From assembly GCA_020891255.1 (NCBI GenBank), contig BQFW01000002.1, positions 1,550,001-1,614,000 on the forward strand: 64,000 bases of DNA. Reading direction: 5' to 3'. Shown piece after piece: positions 36,201 to 46,583 of this stretch (position 1 is the stretch's first letter; every line of letters begins with the position of its first letter). This DNA comes from Entomortierella parvispora E1425 (taxonomy: Eukaryota; Fungi; Mortierellomycota). The translations under genes and the position numbers were made by a program. The notes under the pieces are model-generated. The model saw only the letters and a list, made by a program, of their open reading frames with translations, did not search any database and was not told where the DNA came from.

Positions 36201-39200
36201 ACCTTCTTGATTCGTTTTTCCACGGGTCAACGTAAATGTTAAACCGGTGGCCATCTTGGAACCAGGCGCCTTGTGGAGTCGCTGAATGTGAAACAGATCC
36301 GACAGAGTAACTCCTCGGATATCCTCATCGCGGAGTAGCATATGGTGTCGAGCCAGAAGACAGAGACGTTCCCGGTGATAAGCGTAACGTCTTGTAGTAC
36401 TGTAGGGACGTTTCGTTGTGGATTTTGCTTTGATCGGCAAATTGCGCCAGAGATAGGACAACATCCGTATAAACATTCTCTCTGAGTAGGGGTCACGAAG
36501 AGAACAGGCTGCGCTTCTTGACGTGCCAGGGTTTAAAGAGTCCTTAACAAGCTGTAAGCCATAGTTGCTGATGATGGTCTTCACTGTCTTGTCGAATCCT
36601 GGATGCGGCACACGGTTTGGATAGGGTGCCTGTTGTCCTCGTTGTTCTTCCCAAAGGTGAACTAGGGCTTTCTTGATGTTGAGTACGGTGCCCAGTGTCC
36701 TCGGAACATAAATGACCCTGCGTCCATGATTGTCAGTCTCCGCATCATCGAAGACTGTGGCAGAAGACATGGGGCTTTAAGCTTAGTACAATGTATAATA
36801 CCCTTCCAAAAAAAAAAAAAAAAAAAAAAAAACCAATTAATTCTTGCCTTTTGCCTTGTCTGCAATAGAGTCAATGTGTGCTGGCGTACGGCCTTGGTTC
36901 CTCTCATTTGGTCGGAAGCGAAGGGAAGTAGGAGTCACCACAGCTTTTGGTTGCTTTTCTCCGTTGGCAACCGGCTTTTCATGGGTGGTGAGATTGGAGT
37001 GCGCAGCCATGGAGTCGTCGTCTACAGAGACCCAGGTGTGACGAGGCGCCTGTGAGAGCTCCGTGTCCCGTTCTTCCAGCTCTTCTCTCTCTTGGCGACT
37101 TTCGACTTCATAAGCCATCATTGATCCATCATCATCCTCCCCCTCGGCGCCATCGTCATCACTCCAGATCTCATTGTTGTCCTCCACTTGAGCATCGTGA
37201 TTAGCACTGTTGCCAGTGCCAGTATTCGCCTGCTGTTCCTGCCGGGGTGCCATTCCATCTGCAGGCTCTTTTGTTGTCGAGGTTCCAATAACACCGTCGT
37301 ATCCTCTCTTGGGGCTAATGAGCTTCTTAGTGGTGACTTTGAAGATAACATCTTTGAGATACTGGATGATCTTGACAGCGTTTACTCTTGTGTCTCCTCC
37401 ATGCCTCTCGATACAATAGTCCTAGATTGAAAGGCGGTTGGGGTTTAGGAGACACTTCACAAAACATATCATGTCAAGCAAGCAAGCACATGCAAAGACT
37501 GCTAACTTACCCTCCAGTCTCTTATTCTACCTTGGTGACAGAAAACAGTGACACCTGGATTCTGAAGCAGCAGGACCTGGTCCGTGATAAAGTTGGCGGA
37601 CTCGATACGACGTCGTTCGAGTTCCTCCTCGCTCAAAGCCTTTTCAACGTCCTGGTTGTTGCACAAAGGCAGGTGAGTCAAGGAACCGCCATGCTTTTTC
37701 TTCCTTGTAGGAGGTTTTCCTGCTTGGTACTGAGCCGAAGCTGCTTCATCAACTGAAGCGCGGTGTTTCGGACCCTGAGGCGCGTCGTTTGTTTCAGCGG
37801 CCGCCGAAAGTGTATCGGTCGCTGCTGCGAGCTCCTTCCTGTTCTTCGCCCTCTTGTTTCGAGGTGGAGACGGCGATCGTGTCTGATCAGAAGGCTGACC
37901 ATCAGCGCCTGACATCTCGTAGGCAGGTCGCTTTCCTTGTTGCTTGGATTCTTGCGCCATTCAGAAGCTAATAGACATTACCATTCAACGTCAGTAAACC
38001 GCTTTTTTTCAGGAACAGCGCATTCGCGTGAATCACCTACACTTGAATGAAGTAGTGGTTTTGTGGTGCAGTTGGTGCGTGGTGGGTGAGTGTGTGTTGA
38101 AGAGTGTGGATAGGCAGACAGTGAAGAGAATGCGGTGAAGAGAGAAGCTGAAGACGGATGGAGGGCCACGCTTTTATAAGCGCGAATTGAGGCATTGATC
38201 CAAAATTAGTGAATGAAGGTCGACATCTCGAGACATCTCAAGACAGACATGGGTTTTTTTTCGGCATGAACTGAAAGAGAGGTTGCAGTTTATCAGAGTA
38301 ACGAGAGCTTTCCCCCAATTCGCTTACCCCCTTTTCCTGGACTTTGGATCCAAATGCACAAGGTGGACACCAGTCGGTCCAAAATGCGACTCAGAGACCT
38401 TCCCCCGTATGAAACCCCTGTGAAACTATTCATGCTACACAGAAATTATTCTAACTTTTATAAAAATTTCACTTCCGAGTCTGTTATAGACTTGTTCTGT
38501 CAAATCGCGTCACTCCCGCTCGGCTATAATTCCGAGACCCTCATCAAGGCGGCCTCGAGCCCCGAGATGATTCAGATGCTGGTCAACAGACCGGCCCTGG
38601 GAGTTCAACCGCACTCAACTTGGGCAAAGACTTTGGAGGACTCGTTCATGAGTGTTGCTCCCAAGGGGCTGAGCCAGGTCTTTACGGCCATGTGTGGATC
38701 TTGCAGTAATGAGACTGCATACAAGGTAAACGAGAGCAGAGGAGAATAATGAACGGGCATAGGATAAGCGTGTACTTGTCAGGGTACTGATCAAGATGTA
38801 AATTCTCAGGCTGCGTTCATGTATCATCAGCGACATAAAAGAGGACTCCAAGCTGCTATTTCCGATGAAGATTTGAGCTCCTGCATGAAAAACGCTGCCC
38901 CAGGATCACCAGGTACACCCCAGACAATGAAAGCAAAAAAAAAAAAAAATACGGACAGGTTTTAACATAGCTTTGTTATTCTTCCTATCTTCATTTCGTG
39001 AAGACTTGGCGATCATGAGCTTCAACGGTGGATTCCACGGTAGACTCTTTGGTTCTCTTTCGACCACCCACACCAAAGCTCTTCACAAGGTCGACATCCC
39101 AGCCTTCTCCAACTGGGTCTCTAGCCCATTCCCCAGCCTCAAGTATCCACTTGATCAGCATGAGGCTGAGAATGCAAAAGAGGAGGCTCGGTGCTTGGCT

Positions 39201-40141
39201 GCGGCAGAGGAAAAGATGAAGCATGCAAAGACACCCATTGCGGCTTTGATTGTCGAGCCTATTCAGTCCGAGGGAGGTGATAATCATGCATCTCCCAAAT
39301 TCTTTCAAGGTCTTCGCGACTTGACAAAGAAATACGATATCCTCATGATTGTGGATGAGGTCCAGACAGGTGTTGGTGCCACCGGACACTTCTGGGCCCA
39401 TGAAGCTTGGAACTTGACTGTAAGGAAACCAACACGGATATTTGAGATACCGCCACTTTCACCCTTTCATCTGCTCTTGGAACTCATGTCTTTTTCTTTT
39501 TTAACCATAGACTCCACCAGATATCGTTACTTTCTCAAAGAAGTTCCAGGCTGCCGGGTAAGAGCCTTCTGAGACTAAGAATCGCTCATACCAGAATGCT
39601 CGAGGGTAATTTTGCTAACCTCATTCAACACTTGAAAATAGGTGGTTCCATCGCCCCGATGTCCGCCCTGATGCCCCTTACCGCAACTTCAACACCTGGT
39701 AAAAGAATCCTCTCCAATACTTTGACAACCCTTTCCTTGAAATGGGTTCAGAATCTGATGCTTTTCTTTTTTTTTTTTTTTTTTAGGATGGGAGACCCCA
39801 TTCGCGCGTTGCAGGCAAAGACGATCCTCCAAGAGATCCGATCCAAGGAGTTGATCAAAAACTGTCGCGACACAGGAGACTACTTGAAGACAGAACTCAC
39901 GCAGCTCGAAAAGAAGTATCCTGGCACTATCTCAAGCGTGCGAGGCCGTGGAACGTTCATGGCCTTTGATTTGCCTTCCCCTCAGGATCGCGATACCTTC
40001 GTGGCAAAACTCAGAGCCCATGGCGTCAACACGGGAGGATGTGGTCCCCAGAGTGTGCGATTGCGACCCATGTTGGTCTTCCAGAAAAAGCACGCCGATA
40101 TCTTTTTGGACGCAGTCGAAAAGGTCGTCCGTGGTCAATAA
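33222..40141 (+). CDS. UGA1: 4-aminobutyrate aminotransferase (GABA transaminase), interrupted in exon 3 by a Crypton insertion
   Basis: Presequence, SHGNYVVDLDGNT / YLD-LFCQIASLPLGYN, FHGRLFGSLSTT, VEPIQSEGGD, DEVQTGVGATG and PLP-lysine TFSKK. Removing 33806-38492 restores YLDLFCQ. Confidence 0.92.
34171..37960 (-). CDS. Crypton tyrosine recombinase (Ndc10-II-like YR domain) with Gln-rich linker and C-terminal GCR1_C-like domain; 4 predicted exons
   Basis: HHMLLRDEDIR, TRGKTNQEG, RHKDYRRCTVGGFAFYML, KVTHGGRHAG, IRHLGRW and ENFY motifs. C-terminal ERKAVERRRKLIQVI...EEARDSL. Exons join in frame using GT-AG sites near 37510/37422, 36888/36757 and 36110/36018. Confidence 0.85.
34590..34810 (-). 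repeat. Gln-rich coding tandem repeat (QQSQGQDQQQG units) in the Crypton recombinase
   Basis: Imperfect repeats visible in the DNA and in ORF 34171-36003. Confidence 0.75.
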
Positions 40142-40386
40142 AAGCCCACTCCAACCACAACATGATTACAATAAACAACCATGGCAAACAGAACAGAACC
40201 TTTCATCGATGTTTTTTTTTCCTCCGTGAAGGAAAGAAAAACGAATACATTTTGATATGGATAAAAAAAACTAGACTGATAATGGTGGGGTGTTCTTCAC
40301 TTTCCTACTCTCTCCTCTCCTCTCCTTCCTTTGGATCTATGCTTGGTGGAACTGACAGTTGGGTGGCGGGGGATATACGATATTGT

Positions 40387-43300
40387 TTACTTGCGTCCTC
40401 CCCTGACACTGTTGCCAAGTCCGTTGTTAAATTGGTTACGTCCTCCACGGCCACCACGGGGGCCCATGGTGCGCTGCTGCTGCTGCTTTCCAGATGCCTG
40501 ATCCTTAGCACCGCCGGGTCCTAGAATGTACAAGAAATGGCAGGAGCAAATAGTTTTGTTAACGTTTAGGTCCTTATTGCAACGCATCAAAAGAAATTAT
40601 GCAGTCGTCATGAATATCTTAAACTTACCCTTCTTGGGACGCTCGCCCTGCTGTGGAGTCTTGAGCTCCAACAACTTCTCGTTACCCTCAACGAATCCAG
40701 CAGCCTTGTCTGCGAAGGCAAGGGCCAAAGACTGGACCTTTGAGGGCTCAACGTGGTGGAGAACAACGACGTTGCTGACCTGATCAATGCTAGCAGACAA
40801 CTCTTCGTTCCAGACCATCTTGGAAACAATCGAGATCACAGAAGCCAAAGGAAGATCGAACATCTTGGCGAGCTGTTCGAGACCGACAGAGGAGTAGTAA
40901 GAGGCGTTTGTGAAAAGGTACGTACGGAGACCCTCCTCCTGGATCTTGCGACCCAACATCTCCTTGATCTTCTCGTTCTCGGGCATAAGCTCCCAGATCT
41001 TGATGGCGTTGATCAACTCGATCGACTTTTGCCATTCACCGCTGGCCAAAGCCTTGGCGGCGCCCATGATGTGGTCACGGGTGTTCTCTGGTGGGCCAGT
41101 GAAAACCTGGCGCGAGTTGTAGTCGAGCATGCGACGGAAGGGCTTGGAGATGACACGCTTACGGTTCTCGGGGTTGGCACCAGCAGAAGCCAAGTTGGGG
41201 ATCTCGAGAAGCATAGAGCAGGTCAAGTACGCACACTCGAGCAACTCGAGGTTGATGTGCATATGGAAGGGAAGCTGGCGCTGGCGCTCGAGCTTCTCCT
41301 GCTCAGGGGTAGCGGCGCCGTAACGCTGGAGAGACAATCCCTGGGCCAACAACTCCTTAACACGACCAGTTCCGGAAATATCCTGCAAGCAGGCCTGAGC
41401 CTCCTTAATACGACCCTCACGGAAAGCGCAGAGACCCAACTGGACCATAGTGCGGTTGTGCAAAATCTGGGTGGTGATGTCAGCCTGGTGGATGGTCTCC
41501 TGCAAATGGGACATCAAGAGCATATCGCGAGCAACAAAGAAGCGGTTGTGAAGAGCGTGGTGGTAAATATGGCAGAGCATGGCACGAGTGCGGAGAAGCG
41601 AAGAAGCGTTCTTGTACAAGTACACGCAAAGATCGTGGATCAAGCTGGAAGAGTCCTGGCTAGGCTTGGCAACACTAGCGGGCAAGAGGCCGGCAGTGGC
41701 AGCCTCGACAGCCATGATAACAACATCGGGCTAAAACATAAAAATGGAAGAATATTTGTCAACAGTCCATTGCAAAATAATTTAGAACGAGAACATACTT
41801 CAAACTAGGGACAATTCTTACCTTGAAGTACAAGTGCTCCAAGCGTCTCATAGTGGTGCGGCTGACAGCATCAACCATCTGGAGACGGGTGAAGTATGCG
41901 TTGGAGCGGACAATGACAGTGTAGAGTCCAACCTCATCCTTCAGGCGGTCGACATAGTCGGTAGTGTGAGGATCGATGTTCTGAAGAGACTTTGTGAACT
42001 CGTCATCCAAGCGGTCAACAAAGGCGACCAAAGATCCCTGGATGAAAAGAGTCCGTCCCTTCTCGGGGGCACGGTCCTTGTCGCTCTCATCCTCCTCAGG
42101 GACGTTCTCCATGACGGCGTAATCCTGGTGAGCCTCCAAAATGGTCAACAAGGCGTTCAAGTACTTGTCAGCGCTGGAAGAACATGATTGAAAGAAAGAG
42201 AGTCAGTATCGAGAAAAGGATGCAAAATAAACAAATTGGTGATAATGGCGGCGCGACATACCTCTTCCAGAGGGGAATGCTCATGTAGCCCGAGATACCG
42301 GTGGCAAAGTCGAACTGGGCAGAGATCAAGCTCAAAAGAACGCGGATCTTCTGGTAGGGGGAAGAAGCGATAAGCAAGAGCTTCTCCAAGATGCGGACCT
42401 GCTCCTCGCGGTTGGTGTTCTTCTTTCCGCGAGCATCGGCAACCTCTCTCAACTTCTTGAAGAGGTTATCCTGAGTGTACTCAACAGTCTTTCCACCAGC
42501 GCCGACGGGGGTGAAGCCATCATCAACAGCCTCATCCTCATCCTCATCCTCAGATTCAGACTCGACCACCTTCTTGGTCTTCTTGGCCTTGGGCTTGACC
42601 TCAACAACCTCCTCCTCGACATCGTAGTTCTCAGGGTCCTTCTCGTACTCCTGGATCTCCTTCTCGTAGAGGCGGTTGTTCTTCTTGACCTTCTGCTTCA
42701 TCGAGTTCAAGGCCTTGGCGTTGGAAGCGTTCATCTTCTTCGAAGCAGACTTCTCCTTGTCCAAAGCAGTCTGGATCGCCTTCTCCAAATCAGCGACAGC
42801 AGTGATGTAGAACTTTGGCACTCCTGTCTGGGCGATGATACCAGCCGACTTCTGAAGAGCCTTGTTGGCGCGGTCAAATTCTATGAGCATGAAGAAGAAA
42901 CGTCAGTCGAAGCCTTGATGATGTACTGTCCGTGCAATCCAGAGATAACCAGCAAGTTTGCGCAACAGTTTGGAGGTCAGGATAGCCCCTGCGTTCCAAG
43001 ATCTCGATGGCGACCTAGTGGTAATCAATCGCCGTTCCTGTTTGTCATCGTAAGACTGTCTCTCTCTCAAAAAAAAAAGACGGATCCAGATCCAGATTTG
43101 TCTTTTTTATGCAACCACGAGATGCAAGGGCGAAGGGTGGGCTGCTGCCATTGTTTTTGATGCTAAGGTTGATCTTTGTCGAAGGTGGCAGTGTTGATCA
43201 GGCGTGAGAATAGAGATCATTACCATTCTGGACAGAGACCCAGTCGTTGATCTTTTGGCCGTTGGCCATCAATGTCACGGCCTGCTCAATCTCCTCAAAG

Positions 43301-43527
43301 CGCTTGTCCTTTGCAGAGCGGACGACACGGACGGTGTCGTCGTCGCTGTCAGAGTCCTCGAGAGGACCGCCGAAGAGACGACCCTTCTTGGGCATATCGT
43401 CATCATCAGAGGAATCATCGGAATCAGAATCAGAGTGATCCTCAGACTCGGACTGGGAGATATCCTCAGAGAAGTCAGAATCGGTTTCGTCAGAGTCGCT
43501 CTCTCCTGCGCGGAAGAAACGAGACAT
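40387..43527 (-). CDS. NIP1: Eukaryotic translation initiation factor 3 subunit C
   Basis: MSRFFRAGESD N-terminus, VVRSAKDKRFEE, KSLQNIDPHTTDYVDRL, RQLPFHMHINLELLE, GPPENTRDHI and a PCI domain. Confidence 0.95.
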
Positions 43528-43972
43528 GATGTGCTATGTAGGGTGGGGGTGGGCGATGAAGGAGGGGGCAGGGACGAAGGGTCGTTGGATGACTGGATGG
43601 ATGGCGATTTGCTGTCCTGGATGTGCGTGCAGAGAGAGGGGAGGGAGCTTCAACTGCGACTGCGACTGCGATGATGCTGGGAGCGAGGAGGAAGTAAAAG
43701 AAGGATGTCAGGGCACTGATGGCTCTTTGTGTGATTGAATGAATGGCCCACTCGGTCGAGGCTGAGGCTTGCACGGCCTGGAAGCCAGGCAATCTTCTGG
43801 CCCACACAAAAACAATAATAAAAGAGAAAATTCAAAAAACACAAAAAAAAAAGGTGACGTGTCACTATTTCCAAGCAATATTGACAGGAAATAGTGGACT
43901 GCCCAGGGGGGTGTTGACGAAAAGGACGCGCTTTTGCAGGGCTTTTTTTTTGTTCAAAGCTACGTAGCTGGT

Positions 43973-45009
43973 CTACAAGTAGGAAAGCATCAGCAAGGTG
44001 CTAGATAACAACACCACCATAATAGGAACTGCAGGCATCGCCGTTGCCATCGCTGCGTTCGTTATCTGGGAAAATGAGCAAGTTGCGCACACGGGGGCTA
44101 TTGCGAAACAAAAAAAAAAAAATGTTAGACGGGAATGATAAAAGGACATCGACTTCCGTCATGCAAAGTAGCGAGCAATAGCTCTGAGAAGCTCATGCTT
44201 ACGATTCATTTCGTTGCCTGGAGTGTACGCCTCAGGGATGTAGAGGCCGAATTTGAGGCCAGTGAACGTAGCCAGGTAGCCACCGACAGGTAAACGACCA
44301 TATCGCCCAACAGCTCCATCAAAGATTCGAAGGGTATAGAGAGCCGTCAGCAATGGGTTCGTGATATTGCTTTTTTGTTGCTGTGCTGTCCAGGTGTAGT
44401 TCAACAGATTGCCAGGCAACCCAGCACCAATAGTCACGATGGTGTTGTCAGCCATGTAGGCCTCGATAGTCAAGTTTGTTGGTTGGAGCAATAGGTCATC
44501 GTAATGCCATGAAAAGCTAATATCAACTCCAATAGGGAAAAGAGGTGGGTTCACAGCGTTGGCCTTTGGTTCGTCCATGATCAGCGACCCAAGAGGATCC
44601 GTTGGAGAAAGAGACACAGATGCTTTGGGTGGGGCGGTGCCCGTGGCTGTCCCAACGGCCGTTCCAGATGCCCCTCCAGTTGCCGTTCCGACAGCGGTGC
44701 CGGTTGGCATCACACTCGTCCCTGTGGCTGTGGCGACGGCGGTAGTCGCCACCACTCCTCCTGTGGTCCCTACAAAACAAAATGGGGCAGAACGCAGCTT
44801 AGACAAGGTCCTCGCGACGAAAGAAAATTAAAAAAAAAGGAGACGACTCTTTCTGTTCATGGTCTCGACTCTCCTTGTAGCTCGACTCTCACTCTACCTT
44901 GTCCCTGGACAAGAACGCTTGACAAACAGAGGAGACCCAGGAATGCAATGGCAAAGGACCGTTGCAGGGCTCTTCTTGCTCGTTGGGATGAATTGGAGCA
45001 ACGGTGCAT
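43973..45009 (-). CDS. Conserved fungal secreted/membrane protein with signal peptide, Thr/Gly-rich stalk, beta-sandwich-like domain and C-terminal hydrophobic tail
   Basis: Signal peptide MHRCS...FLGLLCLSSVLVQGQ, ORF 44159-44806 (FSWHY, YTLRIFD, FGLYIP) and a last exon CATC...VVLLSSTLLMLSYL*. Confidence 0.75.
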
Positions 45010-45432
45010 GGTTCCACACAGATCAGACCGAGGTAGGATATGCTTATATGTGAATGGAGCAAGGATTGGTGAAGAGGCGTGTCGGAATGTCGGAATACAG
45101 CAGAGTCCTGAGGGAATGAATGGATGAATGAACAGATGAACAGATGCAAGGGGATGCCGATTGAAAGAAAGGAAGAAGCAGGCGTGCCTGCAGTGGCCGT
45201 CTGGCACAGGGTATCATATCCGACTAAATTTGGCATTTATTTTTAGAGCTGCCTTCATCCTCCGGATCATCCTCACTTTGTTTGTTTCGTGTGGGGGTCA
45301 CAACTGCTTTCTCCCTGCATCACAAAACCACGCACACTTGCCTCGTCTACGCCCACACGGTACAACTCTTCATCCTACACCCTTCTAATCAACTAAACGA
45401 AAAATATTATTGGAAAGACTGGATAAAGACTG

Positions 45433-45885
45433 CTACTTCATGGGTAAAACTGCATCAGCTCCTGCACTATGAAGATCGTGGCCGCAGTAACGGTCACCGA
45501 ACTCCTCGAATGGTGTCGCCTCTGAGTTTTTATGAGAAGCATGAGCTTGAGATTGAGATTGCGGCTGAGCTTGGGACTGGGCCTCTGTTGCTGCCCCGTT
45601 TGCTGCAGAACCTTGCGAATTGCCGCTATGGCCCCCATGGCCATGGTTGGGGTCCGCGTGGAAGGTCATGGGGGGGATGGCATGAGCTCCAACAATACTA
45701 GCCTCGGCTGCATACGCGTTGTCGTGCTGGTTGTCAGCCCCGCCATACTGATGGCGCGCGTCCGGGGTGGAGCCTGCTTTAGGGCTCTGGTGGTGGTGGC
45801 GGAGACCAGAAAATGTGTCTCTGATCTTATCCATGAAGCTGCCTCTGCGAGGAGGGACATTGTTGTTTGACTGTTGCTCGGACAT
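45433..45885 (-). CDS. Small His/Gln/Ala-rich hypothetical protein (~150 aa)
   Basis: Single ORF from MSEQQSNNNVPPRRGSFMDKIRD with protein-like composition. No recognised domain. Confidence 0.55.
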   Translation of the reverse strand: MSEQQSNNNVPPRRGSFMDKIRDTFSGLRHHHQSPKAGSTPDARHQYGGADNQHDNAYAAEASIVGAHAIPPMTFHADPNHGHGGHSGNSQGSAANGAATEAQSQAQPQSQSQAHASHKNSEATPFEEFGDRYCGHDLHSAGADAVLPMK

Positions 45886-46324
45886 ATTGAATGTGTGGAA
45901 ATTAAAGTGGTTAGAATGGATAACCAAGGAAGACAACTACGACCCTTTTTATATGGATCTTTTTTTTTTTTTTGTTGAGGCGATCAAGAGTCTTCAGGCC
46001 GAGATGCGGTCCCATTCGAGCTGTCTCAGCGGAATTGACACTTCTTTTCCTAAATAAGCCACTTCACTTTGGTGCGAGACATTTGACCCACTTTCTTGAT
46101 TCAACTGTCCCGGTGCAGATGACACCTAAAGGGCAAACCGGGGCATCGTAACCCGCCTCTCTGGCGTAGGCAACGCGCTCGAAAGATCGAAATGATTAAT
46201 CACGTGATGACTCCTCGATTGGTGGCGTAAATGGTGGCGCTTCCCTCGAGCGGGGGGGTATAAAAACACAGAAAAAAAGGAAAAACCGTGCATCCCTTAA
46301 CTCACATGGGTCCATGGGTAGCTA

Positions 46325-46396
46325 GCAGGATTAGCTCAGCGGTAGAGCAGCCGACTGCAGATCGGCAGGTCTCCGGTTCAAACCCGGAATTCTGCT
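46325..46396 (+). tRNA. tRNA-Cys(GCA)
   Basis: Acceptor GCAGGAT/ATTCTGC, U73, anticodon arm GCCGA-CTGCAGA-TCGGC, T-loop TTCAAAC, T5 terminator. Confidence 0.93.
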
Positions 46397-46445
46397 TTTT
46401 GCCACGTTACATGAAGAACCGACCCTGGCTCCAATTTTTTTTTGC

Positions 46446-46567
46446 GGGTTTATCTATTTGACAACCCAGGTTGTTCGTTTTACCTGACAACCCACTCTAT
46501 ATTTGGTTAGTCTCGTTTTTTATTCGGCAACCCACCTGTCATTCCTCAATTGACAACCCAGGTTGCC
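46446..46567. repeat. Left TIR and subterminal region of the MULE with 4 copies of (T/G)GACAACCC-like motifs
   Basis: GACAACCCAGGTTG at ~46460 and ~46552, GACAACCCA at ~46488, GGCAACCCA at ~46526. Confidence 0.85.
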
Positions 46568-46583
46568 AAACAAACGTTTATTT

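Larger units (their letters stand above)
33800..38492 (-). mobile_element. Crypton (tyrosine-recombinase DNA transposon), ~4.69 kb including flanking 6-bp direct repeats
   Basis: TAGACT at 33800-33805 and 38487-38492, no TIRs, YR plus GCR1_C-like gene inside. Precise removal restores the host exon. Confidence 0.88.

Noticed and set aside
40753-41808. Long antisense ORFs (also 12949-14079, 16907-17701, 1760-2251, 22525-23118)
   Set aside because: Shadow ORFs opposite well-supported genes, caused by codon bias.
43958-43969. 12-bp palindrome AGCTACGTAGCT
   Set aside because: 6-bp arms are expected many times by chance.
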